Of a stretch of DNA of 64,000 nt, positions 35,491 through 50,728 are shown in pieces. The stretch lies in the NCBI RefSeq assembly GCF_000372725.1, contig NW_005201349.1, positions 322,723-386,722 of the forward strand. The letters run 5' to 3'. This DNA is from Emiliania huxleyi CCMP1516. Taxonomy: Eukaryota. Within the stretch, counting starts at the first letter, position 1. Each line of letters opens with the position of its first letter. Below the pieces are notes generated by a model that was not told the origin of the DNA, did no database searches, and saw only the letters and a program-made list of their open reading frames with translations. Both the position numbers and the translations under genes were made by a program.

Positions 35491-36261
35491 GGTAAAGTTG
35501 TCCACACACACACACACACGAGACGTTGTTGGTAAAAGGAAGGTAAGGTGAGTGAATTGGCTCGAATGCTGGCACACGTAATCCCCGCGCCTTTGCACAA
35601 CTCATCCACGCGCGGCCAACGACGTCCCCACGCGGATGAGTTGTACTGGTACAGCGGCTGCACAATGCGAGTACTCCAGAGATGGCAAACTATCGTGCGG
35701 ACTCGAGCGTGCGGGCGGAGAGGTCAAGGATGTCGTCGAGGCCAGACTCGCGAAGGAAGTCAAGACTCTGTCGAAATTAGTTTCTCTTCGTAAGCTAAAA
35801 GCAAGTGGCGTTTATTTTTGCTTGGCCGGCCCTCATGCCGGGGTAGGTAGGGTAGGTCTGGGCCCTCCCGTCGGGGTTTCCCCTCTCTTCAAGCTGGAAT
35901 TTTCACAGCAGAAAAAGAAATTTTCCGCGGAAATCACGATGTCAACCCTCCCCAAATGGGTGATCTGATGCTTGTAGGGCTTACATACATACATACATAC
36001 AGGGCTTGAGAGTGGCCTCCCATGTCACAAGAAGGACTGTGGATGCAGGAGAGTACCACCAACCATCACTCTAGTTGGTATAGTACCCCACCTTCACCCA
36101 TCGCATGATTTCTTTTTTAGTTTCCCATAAGTAGGGTAGGTAGGTAGGTAGGTAGGTAGGGNNNNNNNNNNNNNNNNNNNNNNNNNNNNNNNNNNNNNNN
36201 NNNNNNNNNNNNNNNNNNNNNNNNNNNNNNNNNNNNNNNNNNNNNNNNNNNNNNNNNNNNN

Positions 36262-37524
36262 GCGTCGCCGCAGGGGACGGCTTCGTAGACGGTGATGGTG
36301 GAGGCGGAGGCGGCGGCGGTGGTGGAGGAGGAGGAGGAGGAGGCGGCGGCGGCGGCGGCGGCGGCGGTGGAGGAGGAGGAGGCGCCGGCGGCGGCGGCGG
36401 CGGAGGAGGCAGAGGCGCCGGCGGAGGAGGAGGTGGCGGAGGAGGAGGAAGAGGCGGCAGCGGCGGCGCCGACAGCGGCGGCGGCAGTGGAGGAGCAGGA
36501 GGCGGCGGTGGCGGAGGAAGAGGAGGAGGGGGGGGGGGCTGGGGAGGCGGCGGCGGAGCCCGCAGCAGCGACGGGGAAGGAGGAGAGCGAGGTGGAGGCG
36601 GCGGAGCGCAGGCGCGAGCTCGAGCGAAAGAAGCGCAAGATGGAGAAGGAACAGGCTAGGCTCGAGCAGCTGCACGCTTTACTCGTGGGCGGTGTGGCGG
36701 ACGCGGCGGCACGGCGGGCGGCCGACGACCCGACTCAGGCGGTGGGCCGCGCGACCAGCGGCCTGCTGATGCTGGGTCACTCGCCGAAGCTGAGCTACGA
36801 CGGCGCGACGCACCTCCAGGTCGTCGGGTGCGACACGCTGGTGACCGTACCGGGGGAGAGTGACCTCGCGACCCGCTCGACGCTCGCGCAGCGTGCGCGC
36901 AAGGTTTGCCAGGGCCTCAAACGGCCCGAGCTACTCCGCTTTGACGACGAGGTGGCGTGCGTCAACCACCACATGGACCCGCCGGTGGACAAGGAGAGGG
37001 GTGACGCACCGCACCAGTACGGCTTCACGCGGCAGGCGACGGCCATTTTCGAGCACGCCGACAAGCTAATCCGCGAGAGGCGCCCGCACGGCATCGTCGC
37101 GGCCTTCGGCACGTTTGCTGGTGGCGTGCTGCACGCGGCGCGCGCGCACACGTCCGCCGATGGACCGGCCGAATTTGCTGAGCGCGCGTACCGCGCGTGC
37201 GCTCGGAAAATCTGCCGGCTGCCGTCCGACTTGTGCGTCCTCACGCCATTGGACGTGCGGTTCGGCGAAGGGCGCGGCGTGCGCTTGCTCGTCGTCACTC
37301 AGGCCGGTCACCTCTCGCAGGGTGGCGCGTGCGCCGGGATCATCAAATGCCTCCGCGCCGGCGCGGACGAGCTCCTCAACGGTCCCGGTTCCGCCGCGGA
37401 GGTGCCGCCCTTGGTGGCGTTTGCCTTTGGCGGGCGTGTGCGGCAGCACAACGAGCAGGTGGTGCAGGCGCTCCGCTGGGAGGAGGACAACGAGAAGGAC
37501 GATGAGGACGATGAGGGCGAGTGA
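36262..37524 (+). CDS. Hypothetical protein with a Glu/Ala low-complexity N-terminus and an unassigned globular domain; 5' end in the gap
   Basis: Long ORF with host-like codon usage after the gap. Confidence 0.6.
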
Positions 37525-38423
37525 ATTCGATGATGGTCGCAAGTAAAAGACGATGGATGGCAAGGTGCGCCGAGCAGGCTGGAGCTTGGGGAGCTCGAGG
37601 CGCTCGCAAGGGTCGGACCACACATCGCGGCATTTGAACCGAACTGCTGATGTATGTTAAACACCCTAGTGATGTTGATGGAGAGTACATGGACATTGAT
37701 TCGGGTCCGCCAGATTATTTTATGTCGTCGCTTGTCCCAGTGAGCGAGTGTGTCGACACGCTGTCGTCGTTGCAGCGCGCCATTGGATTGCGCATTCCGG
37801 GTATTCTTCTTTTCAGATTTCACGTCGCAGAGGGGTGAAACGTTTCACGCAGGAGCGAGGAGGCCGCCGCGCACAGAGACTGCCGGGGCGACCTTTGGGC
37901 GCCGCGAAACCCGCTGCTCGAGCCGTGGCGTGCGGCTGCGCGCGCACCTTGCGCGGGTCGGGTCTGTCACGCAGCAGGTCGGGTCTGTCACGCGCCACAA
38001 GCGGCGCGCAGTAGCTGGCGACGGCGGCGCCGCCGCCGGCGCTTCTGCCACCGGCGGCGGCGCCTCTGCCGCCACCGGCACCGGCGTCGCCTCTGCCGCC
38101 AGCGCGCGCTGCCGGCTCAGCAGCTGGCTGAGGCGGAGCAGGGCTTCCCTCCCGGCCAGGGGGCCCTCCCGTGCCGACGGCTGTACCGCGCAGAGGCGGC
38201 AGAGGCTCGGACCGGCGCTGGAGGAGGGCTTGGGGGAGTCTCCGGCTGCGGCGGCAGCAGCGGCGACACGGTGCCCATCCTCCTTGGGAGGGCGCTGCTC
38301 CCCGCGAGGCGGGAAAGACTGCACCAGCACCAGTGCTCAACGTTGCGGAGTAGTAACACTGTTCCGTTACCGTGAGCGGCCGGCGGCCGGCGGCGGCCGG
38401 TGCGGCACGCGGAGCACTCCGTG

Positions 38424-38550
38424 AGCAGTGACGGGTGCGGACGAGCGAATGAGAGGTCCCTTTCGGTGAGAGATAGACAGCCCTAGTCTCTAATAACACA
38501 TCTCCCACAGATAGCGACCTCTCATTCGCTCATCCGCGCCCGTCACTGCT
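38424..38550. mobile_element. MITE-like hairpin with inverted repeats of about 35 bp
   Basis: agcagtgacgggtgcggacgagcgaatgagaggtc ... gacctctcattcgctcatccgcgcccgtcactgct. Confidence 0.75.
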
Positions 38551-39180
38551 AGTCGGGGCACTCCCGGCGTGCGGCCCGGTCCCGGTCGTCACTCCGGTTG
38601 CTCGTGTTCACAGCGTCAGAACTCAGCTCCGCTAGGATTCAGTGTCTGAGACTTGGGCATCTTACACAACCTTTGTAGTAGAGCACAATGGCACCCTTGG
38701 ATCAAGTGGATCACTTCATTACTACACCGTACTACCGACCCCCGTTTTCGGCCGCCGCGGCCGGAGAGCACCCCCGTCGCCCCGCCCGGGGGCCCGTCGA
38801 CCCCCCAGGTGTCGAGGTTCGCCGAGCGCGGCGCAGGTTGAGGGAAGCCGCCACCGACGAGCGCGTTGGACTTTTCACTCCGGACAAAGACGGGCACACA
38901 GCGGACGGTGCGGGGCGTGTGCCCGTCATGTAGCGCGGCGAGGCGCGGGACCGTCTGTGGCGAAGTGGGTCGCGTCCCTCGATTTCGTTCAACCTCCAGC
39001 ACCCACACCCTTTACAGCCGACGAGCGACGAACGACGTGGCACGTGCGGGAGACAAGAGACTAGAGCACACGGCACCTTCACCATGTGTGGCTCACTGCA
39101 CCGCCGAGACAGAGCGGGGGCGGCACAACCACAAGTCGTACACGCGCACAGCCGTGGTGTTTACACTGTGTCGCACAGAG

Positions 39181-42160
<2,980 letters not shown>

Positions 42161-42250
42161 TCGGCAGCGATCGCACCGCCACCGAATCCTCCAAGATTTG
42201 GCGGGCAGGAATCGGCCCAGCGCTGCCCCGCGACAAACGCGTGGGAGGCG

Positions 42251-42420
42251 GTGGTGCCGATGGCAGAGGCGCGGATATATCACGCCGTGGCGGTGCTCGA
42301 TGGCAAGCTGTACGCGGTGGGCGGACAGGATGCCGGCCACAACTTACTCAGCTCGGTGGAGCGGTACGACCCGGCGCTGGATGCGTGGGAGGCGCTGGCG
42401 CCGATGGCGGCGGTGCGAAC
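42251..42420 (+). pseudogene. Isolated kelch-repeat fragment
   Basis: PMAEARIYHAVAVLDGKLYAVGGQD...SSVERYDPALDAWEALAPM, one complete kelch blade with no further repeats. Confidence 0.75.
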
Positions 42421-42605
42421 GAATGGGTGGCTTCGCTGCCTTGATGTAGATGTAGTCACGCCGTTGCAAGAGGAGGTGCGAGGGTGCTGGGTGGGCTTTG
42501 TGGTTGAGCTCAAGGAAATGTTTGCTTTTTTTCTAATATCTAAAGAAAGAAAGAAAGAAAACAAACGAGCACACGCACTCTTCTCTCTCTCACCGCCACA
42601 CAGAA

Positions 42606-43722
42606 TCAGCTCTCGCTCTCCTTACCCCTGACGCCCCCACCAAGCTCCCGCTCTCCCGCCACCAGCGACAACTCGACGAGCGGGTCCGCCTTGAGCGAGC
42701 CCGCGCCACCGCCCAGCAGCATGCTCGCGCAGCGGCTGCTGGCACGGCCGCGCTGCTGCGCGTACAGCTTCATCGCGGACAAGACCCACGGCGTCTCGAC
42801 GCCAGCCTTGAAGGCGCAGTCGTGCCCTGCATCCGCAAACGGCCTGCGCGCGCCGTCCTCGGCGCAGGCCGCCGTTGAGAACTGTACAAAGAAGGCCGGG
42901 TGCTGCGAGCCTGTGGCGCCGCCGCCGAGCGCCCCCTTGAAGCAGCCGCGCTCGTGCTGTGCGGTCAGCGGCGCCGGCCAGAAGGCGCCGTCGTTGGTGG
43001 CGGTGGTCAGCAGCAGCGGGGAGCGCGAGGAGACGGTACGCAAGTCGTGCTCCTAGAAGCCGAAGCGCTGTGATCAGAGACAAGGCGGGTGACCGCTCGC
43101 CTCCTCCGCAATGGTGCTCCTCCCACGTGGACGGCCAGGGAGGAGGGCCGAGTGGGCCGCAGATGCCCGGGTGCTGCGTGACGACGAGCCGGACGCCGAC
43201 CTCGTGCGCAGCAGGCACGCGGACACCCGCCATGACTGCGCAGGTGCCGCCCATGCTGTGGCCCGCGAGGACGACGCTGCCCATGTCGACCCGCCCGTGC
43301 AGTGGCGAGCTCGCGTTCGAGGCGGCCGCGGAGGCATAGTCGAGTGCCCGGAGAATGTACTCACCATTGGTGTTGAGCGTGAGAGGGCGAGTGTCGCCGG
43401 ACGGGCTCTCAATGTACGGAAAGGCGACGACAAAGCCGTGCGATGAGTAGAGCTCGAGGACGGGCAAGTACATCTCGATCTTTGCCGTGGCGCCGTGCAT
43501 GAACACGAGGAGAGGGAAGGCGCGATGCGCCGTGGGGTGCAGCACCACGATAGGGCGGTGCATCCAAGTCGCGTTGAGTCGGACGGGCGAGCCAAACGGG
43601 CCTGGGCGAGTGCTGTTGAACGGCGGATGCCCGTCCGCACGCGGGCTGCAGTCTGGCCACTCGGTGGCGGCGGCCGCTGCAGCGGCGAGGAGGGTGGCGA
43701 GGAGAGACGTGCGCGCGAGCAT
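42606..43722 (-). CDS. Secreted alpha/beta hydrolase (chlorophyllase/cutinase-like), one intron at about 43050-43120
   Basis: Signal [47 protein letters not shown] (GxSxG); LLTTATND (Asp); GHDC (His). Confidence 0.85.
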
Positions 43723-45036
43723 GAACCGAGTGAGCGGCCGAGAAGTCCGTTGGGAAAAAGAATTCTTGTCGGACAGGAAAAAGAAATCCCGCGGCACGCC
43801 CCCTTCTTCGACGGGTTCATCGGATTGCTGTGTGGCTGCCTGCACGACCCGACCAACACGCAGATCCTGTCGGCCTCGCTCCACCCGGCGCACCTGGTCC
43901 GCTTCCTGCAGGAGGAGACGGAGTCGGCGGGCGATTCGCCGAGCGGCGCGAAAACCGCCGCAGTCCTCCTCCCCGACCCGTCGGAGCTGCCAATCGTCAA
44001 CATGGACTATGCGCTCTCGGCCCCGCTCCCGAGGGAGGAGTGGGCCGGCGCCATCGCATTCTTCTCTCGCGGCCAGCCCGCGTCGCCAAGCTCCACGGCG
44101 CGCTCGGTCGACGGAGATGGCGGCCATCTGCTGAAGGCTGGCGAGATGGCGCGGCTGGCGGCGCTGCAAGATCCGTTGCAGCCTACTGATGAGGAGCTGC
44201 TCGCGAAGCTAGCTGATGGCCACCTCCTCAAGGCTGGCGAGATCATGGCGCGGCTGAAAGCGCTCGAGGAGACAACCATCTGCCGAAGCGGAGCCGGAAT
44301 TGCTCGCAAAGCTCGCTGACGGTCACCTGCTAAAGGCCAGTGAGATGGCGCGGCTGGAGGCGCTCGAGCCGGAGGAGTGACGCGACGTTGCTGGGCGGGA
44401 GGCGTCGATTTATAATCCCGTAGGATTGTAATGTGGATAGGTAATTCCGACCCCTCGAAAGCGCGCTCAATCGCTCGCTCATCGCACTCCATTTCCCGAG
44501 CCGCACCTTGCCGCGCTGCGGGCCTCCCGCCGCCGGCCATCGCGGGACCGCCGCCCGCCGCCACCCCCCTCCCCTAGCCCCTCCCCCACCCCCCACCCCC
44601 GCGCCGACGCGCTGCGAAAACGAATTTTCTTGCAGAATTTTGCGCCAACTGCCCACAAAGAATTTTACGACGCAGCTCACGACACTGGCGGGGCATGGGA
44701 CTGGCGCGTAGCGTGCTAGCGTCAAGCGTGTAGCCTGTAGCTGAAGCTCTCTCAGAAAGTTAGAACATTCGTTGGATCCAACGTGTTCAAGCTGTTACGC
44801 GATCCTCTTACGTTACCGCCTACTCCGCGCGTTTTTTAGTAACTATACCCGCGGTGAACACGCGGTAAACGCAACCTGCACAGCCACACGCATCGACGTA
44901 CCCACCTACAGCCGTAACCCGTAGGCAGACAGACACCACTTCGACTAGAAAGGAGCGCTCCTCCATGCATACAGCATAGACCGCATATAGACTGCCAAAC
45001 CACAGCCGAGCCGAGCCTCGGTCTACGCCCATTTGC

Positions 45037-47196
45037 TCACGCGCGGACCACCTTCTTGACGTCATATGCGTCAGCGAAGAAGTCGCGATCGGTCGGGTGG
45101 AACGAGCCCACCAGCTGGCGCCCCGCGTCATGCGTCACATATTCGATGAAGCGCGGGACGCTCGGGGTGAAAGTCTTCGTCGCCCGCATATGAGCAAGCT
45201 CATACGTTCGATCTGCATCGCCGGCAGAAGCATGCCAGTTCAACCCGAAAATATCACGCTGCAGCGCCTCGAGCCACAGATCCATCGAAACCGAGCGGGC
45301 CTCGCCGCCAGCGTCGAGGATAACACTAAGATCATTGCGCGACGCGACGCACGGGACCGGCTCGTTACGCTCGATCGCGCCGTCGATGAAGATGCACACC
45401 GTGCCGTAAGGGTGATATCCGTACTTGACCTTGGCCGTGTAGCCGGAGTAATCCGAGACATGCGGGTCGGAGATGGCCGAGAGGGCAATGCTCGCTCGCA
45501 TGCTGCGGTGGTCGTTCCAATTGTAACGGCACTTGTCCATCGGATGCACCCTCACCACCTCGGGCTGGTCATGCTCACCATCTCTCCTGTTCATATTGAA
45601 GGCAGAGCGGCTATCAGTCAGGCGCTCAAGCAGCAGCAGCTTTGCGACGCCATGCACGTCGCCAATGTTGCGGTCGAAGAGGTCGAGAGGCACACGCGAA
45701 GAGTCGAAGCCGGGTACGCACACGGCGAAGCCCCGCGCGCTGTACTTGAATAGGCGCGACTCGTAAGTAAGCGACTGGCGCGATTCGTCAGCGACGTTCA
45801 CCATGCCGTTGATGGCACGGCGAGCGCGCGAAGAGGCCCAGACTCGCTCGCCGTCATAAGCGACACAGCAAGCGTCGACATCGAAGCCAGCGAGCACCTC
45901 GGCTGGGGACTGGTAAATGCGTAGCACAACCTGTATGACCCGCGGCATCCTGTGATTGGTAAGGCGATCCTGGATGAACGTCACAGCAAGCTTTGTGCGC
46001 ACGACAGTGGTGTCTCCGCCCACGGCTCGGAGGTGATCGTAGAGATCCTGAATCCGCTGCGTCGCAGCCGCCTCGCTCAGGCCAATCAAGAAGATGTCGA
46101 TGTCGCTGTCATTGAAATTCATACCCTGCAGGTATTTAGAGCGTTGTCTGCGCAGCACATCTGCAGCAGGTGTGTCGCCTGCGTGCGAGAACAATAGCGA
46201 GGCGAGCACGGAGCCGCCGGCAACGACCATGTTGGACATGTCGAAGCCATCCAGCCGCTGCGACGTCATATGCGAGAACGTCTCACGAAACGTGGCAAGG
46301 TCGCTACAAACGGAGCGGGCGACAGCGCGTCGCTCGTCGAGCTTCGCCCACTGCCGCATAGACAGCAGCGCAACGGTGCCTTCATCTGGCCGATAACCAG
46401 GTTGAGGGTAGAGGAGGGTGCCATGCTTGAGGCGGTGCTCGCCGTGCAGCATCATGTGGCCTGAGAGCTGCTGCCAAGACTCGTCGTGGGCTGGGCGAAA
46501 GCTGTCGAGGTTTGCAAAGACGTCGACGAGGTCCAGGTGCGGTGCGAGGAGCCTCGGGTGCTTGGGTTCCTGGGCGAAGAGGCGGCGCAGCTCCGTCTCG
46601 CGCTCCCGCATGGCCACGTTGAGGGCGCCGAGCTCGCGCTCGAAGCGGCCGCGGCCAAAGATCTCGAGCAAGGCCGTGAACTGGTAGAAGTCTGCCTCGG
46701 CGAGCAGCTCGCGCCGGGCGGCCTCCGTCTCAGGCAGCATAATCTCGCCCGTGCGAAGGAAGTTGAGAATGTGGTGGAAATTGCGGCCGTCGCGGTCGAT
46801 GAACGTATAGCCATCCTCGTCGGTCGCGATCTGGTGCCTTCCAGAGAACATCGTGGCTAGCATGGACTCGCGTGCGCACAGCGTGGTGCGAGAGGTCGTG
46901 AAGCGGTGGCCGCCGATGTCTAGCTTTACGCGCTCGCCGAGTGAACCTGCTTGCTGCTCCATCATCGCAATCTCGTCTTGAAGCGCTTGCGCCTGCTCCT
47001 CGAGCGACTCCCGTTCGCTGGAAACCTCGCTCTTCGCCTCCGCATTTGCGACTTGCAGCCCCGAAAGGAGCGTCTCGATCTGCTGCCGTGCGTGATCAAT
47101 GCTTTCGAGCAGCGAGGCGACTTTCTCCGTCGCGACCACCCGCCGCGCTCGCTTCATCGCGATGGCGCCACCACTCTCGCCCGCGCGCTCGCTCAT
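45037..47196 (-). CDS. KCTD-type BTB/POZ domain fused to a pol-beta-like nucleotidyltransferase-fold domain, intronless
   Basis: VKLDIGGHRFTTSRTTL...SMLATMFSG...FIDRDGRNFHHILNFLR...EADFYQ (KCTD T1-type BTB); VVAGGSV, DSDIDIF, IQVVLRIY.SPAEVLAGFDVDACCVAYDG, RLFKYSARGF. Confidence 0.85.
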   Translation of the reverse strand: MSERAGESGGAIAMKRARRVVATEKVASLLESIDHARQQIETLLSGLQVANAEAKSEVSSERESLEEQAQALQDEIAMMEQQAGSLGERVKLDIGGHRFTTSRTTLCARESMLATMFSGRHQIATDEDGYTFIDRDGRNFHHILNFLRTGEIMLPETEAARRELLAEADFYQFTALLEIFGRGRFERELGALNVAMRERETELRRLFAQEPKHPRLLAPHLDLVDVFANLDSFRPAHDESWQQLSGHMMLHGEHRLKHGTLLYPQPGYRPDEGTVALLSMRQWAKLDERRAVARSVCSDLATFRETFSHMTSQRLDGFDMSNMVVAGGSVLASLLFSHAGDTPAADVLRRQRSKYLQGMNFNDSDIDIFLIGLSEAAATQRIQDLYDHLRAVGGDTTVVRTKLAVTFIQDRLTNHRMPRVIQVVLRIYQSPAEVLAGFDVDACCVAYDGERVWASSRARRAINGMVNVADESRQSLTYESRLFKYSARGFAVCVPGFDSSRVPLDLFDRNIGDVHGVAKLLLLERLTDSRSAFNMNRRDGEHDQPEVVRVHPMDKCRYNWNDHRSMRASIALSAISDPHVSDYSGYTAKVKYGYHPYGTVCIFIDGAIERNEPVPCVASRNDLSVILDAGGEARSVSMDLWLEALQRDIFGLNWHASAGDADRTYELAHMRATKTFTPSVPRFIEYVTHDAGRQLVGSFHPTDRDFFADAYDVKKVVRA

Positions 47197-50100
47197 CACG
47201 GCGAGCCTTTCGCGGGCAAAAGGGGGATAAACTGGCGCGCACGGCAACCGGGACTTACAGGGGGCCCGGGCTGGGGGCGCGACACGAGGGAGAATTTTAC
47301 AAGAATTCTTAACCCTGAGTAGTTTCACGTGTCATACTGTGCCGGCTACCCAATCCAGCGTTAGATAGCCGCTCCGCGGCACATCGTTGGGCCGGTTCGA
47401 TGTTCTGAGCATGCCGTGTGATTTTGGTACGATGTTTCTGGACTAAATCGTTCATAATTATCGAAATACGTACGTCCCGGAGCTAGCTTCAGCGCCACAC
47501 CACTACGTTGCGGCCACGGGTCGCTACCACCGCCGAGCTGGCGCCTCCCGATGGCCGCCGAGTGTCGTGCGCCATCCGCATGTGTCCTCGTCACGCCTCA
47601 GCGCCGCGTGCAAAGGGCGGCGGCCTCGAGCGAGCAGCACTCGGTCGTCGCACCACAACACACCAGAAGAGCCGGCGGACCGCAACACACCAGAAGAGTG
47701 GGGAGGCTCGTCCGCCATGCCGACTGTCCATCAACCATCTATGAGAGCAGAGCAGAGCTTGCGACTCACGGTCTACAGCCTGACATGTTAGTTCCGCCCA
47801 TGGCGTGTCTGACTCCGAGGCGGTGCGGTGTGCCATCCATTGCCTCGCCCTCTGATGCCGCCGATGGCTTGCCTCGCCATCTCGTAGCGGACAGGGCGTG
47901 CACTGCCTCCGTAGGCGATAGCCGGCAGCGATTGCGTACGCAGAGTGTACATCAACCGGCGCTGTGTGGCAGATCGGCCACAAGTTCGGCCACCGTGGCG
48001 TGCACTGCTGTGCGGTGGCTCTCGGGGCTGCGGGGCGAGACACACGCAAGACCCGCTATCAGCCACTCCCTCTGGTCCTTCATTCACAGCAGCTGCAAAA
48101 TGTGCATGGCAACACGTACTTACAACTGCAGGTGCCAATTACTCTTCTACGGCACCCCTCCCCCGTAGATAGGCGCCCACACGTGTAGCCGCGTATGTGA
48201 ACATCCCTCTGTGCACGTGCCAGCGCGAGTCGCCTTCGCCGACGGGCCGTTTCACGCGCTCACACGCCCGCCTATGTTGGCCAAGATAGGCGGCTGCACG
48301 TGTGGCGCGAGTACCGCTATACGCGTCTGCACGTGTGGCCGCGTATCTTGGCTAAGATACGCGCCGGCACAGAATGACACGTATCAGCCCCGCCGCGAGC
48401 TCGATGCGCGGCAGCGGGTGAGGGCGGCTATTCTCCCCCGAGGCAGGCAAGGATACACAGTCCCTCGTGTCGCGCGCGTATTGTGGTGTTTGTTTGATTC
48501 TCCTGGGGAGTGGTATGGTATGAGCAGAGCGTGGTATGGTACAATACGAAACTCCGTGGAATCATCAATTTTTCGAGCTCTGAGCCGAGTCTGAGGCTGG
48601 TTTGCCGCCAAATTCAGCAGAAACCAGAATCGGCACAAAATACCGGGTATTTTGCGGGTATATACCGCTGGAAAACCCCGGGTATACCTGGGAAATACCC
48701 GGTATTTTGCCGATTTCTCCGATGTCTGTGTGTCAGATTTTGCCTCAGAAGTCGTGGTAAATCTTACCACCGTTTGATTGTTTGGCCGTAGAGTGTTTGA
48801 TTGTTCTGGTGGGCTATACCTCAGCAAATGGCAAGCACTGCTCCACAGACTACACCCCAGTTCACTGTTCATCTGCGCTCAGCTCACGGTATCAGCACTA
48901 CCAGCGTCTTCTCCTCGTCCCGCCTGTGCTCCACACGGCTGCGCCGGTCGTTGACGCTCCTCATCACCGGCTCCGAGACGCTGCGCACGACGCGCAGCCG
49001 GAGCCAGCCCTCCCACCCTTCGCTCAGCCCCTCGCTCAGCCGCTCGCAGCTCAGCTTCCTGCCCCAGCCGTTGTCGTGCCCGCCTACTCGCAGCTGCAGT
49101 GGTGGGGAGGCGCCGCTCACACCGCCGGCAAGGAGACGGCAGACCCCAACGCCCGCCTCCACCCCCCTCGATGGGCACCGCGACCTGCGTGCCGGCGCTG
49201 AGCTTCGCCGCCGCTGGCTGCGCCGCCGCCGCCGCCTCCTCGGGCCTACTCAGCCATGTCTCGCCGAGGCTCGCGCCGAGAGGAGCAGAGGCGGAGGTCG
49301 GCGCCGGACCACGCTCTCTCGCGCCTGTCGCGCGGCGAGTTGTTGTTTGGCGGCGAGACGGAGGACCAGGAGCCTACACGCAGGAGGGCTCCGCCGAGAG
49401 TCGCCGAGAGTCGCCGCAGCTGGGCGGCGAGGCGGGGCGGAGCGGGAGCGGGAGCCTCCGACGCTCGTGCTCAATGTGCCGCAGGAGAGGGTCGAGTGGT
49501 TGAGGGCAGAGTGGCTCGACGAGTCGACCCGCACCCGGGGAGGGGGGGGCGCGGGCGGCGGCGTCGGCCCCGGAGGCGGTGGCAGCTCCGGCGGCGTGTC
49601 GCTCGAACCCTTCGGGCGCGGGGACCGGGAACCGGGGGGCCCCCCGCCCCTAGATTTTGCCACCTTCCCCCTTTTGGTAAATCCGACCGGTCCACCTGTT
49701 TCCCAGATGAAAAAAAGCCCCCCCGAAGGGGGGCCNNNNNNNNNNNNNNNNNNNNNNNNNNNNNNNNNNNNNNNNNNNNNNNNNNNNNNNNNNNNNNNNN
49801 NNNNNNNNNNNNNNNNNNNNNNNNNNNNNNNNNNNCTCCCTCGCCGTCGGAAGGGCGTAGTTCGGGCCGCTCTCCTCCACGCCGGCCAGCACGTCCGCGG
49901 CGCTCACCGCCTCGACGTCCATCGCCTCCTCCGCCGCCGGCTCGGTCGTGCCGCCCGCTGCCTCGCGTTGTCTGCGCTGCCGCTCGCGCTCGTGGTGTGC
50001 TGCTCGGCGCTCGACGCCGCCGCCCTCGTGCACGCACGCCGCCTGCGGTGCCATCTCGCCGCAGGGCGAAGGCCAACCGCAAATTTCGCACAAACTCCGT

Positions 50101-50728
50101 GCAAAGCCCCTTCGAACGCGCGAAAGCGCCGGCTTTCGAACCTCGGCGCCCGCCCTCTTTCTGGCCGCGTCCCTCCCCTGTCCAATCTTCTGCATTCACT
50201 CTTTACATACATAAACTATTTTACTAAACACTGTCCAGTGTGGGCCCTCGGTGGGGCCGTTCTTTTTTATCTCGGGTCAGTGGCTGGTCTGCGACACAGC
50301 GCCGAGCGACTCTCCAATGTCAGCCACCCGAAAAGGCCGCACAGAGATGCGCCTGTGTTTCACAGGCGATACACAAGTCACAGCAGGAGCAACTCGACTT
50401 GTCGCTTTCGGTTTATCGAGCCTCTGCCGATCCCGATGACTGAGTACAACGGCCCGCACGCCGAAGTGCTACGTCGGAGCAACAAGAATGTGCCCGCCGA
50501 GGGACATGCGTGTGGCATGGGACAGGCGCTCGGAAGCCTTCCCACGAGTGTGCGTGAAGCCGGGGGAGAGTAGACCTTTTATGAGGAGGCCTCCTCACCG
50601 CCCCTCGTTCAGCGCGTCGAGCGCCGCCTCGTACGGCGCCTAACCTCGGGCAATCTCGAGCGATCTCGGGCGATCTCGAGCGATCCCGGGTGCTCTCTCT
50701 CCTTCGTGCGTGATCTCGGCCCATCCCG

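Noticed and set aside
43495..44319. ORF with a duplicated GHLLKAGE.MARL.AL motif
   Set aside because: It overlaps the hydrolase promoter, has no recognisable domain and the start is unclear; at most a small hypothetical gene.
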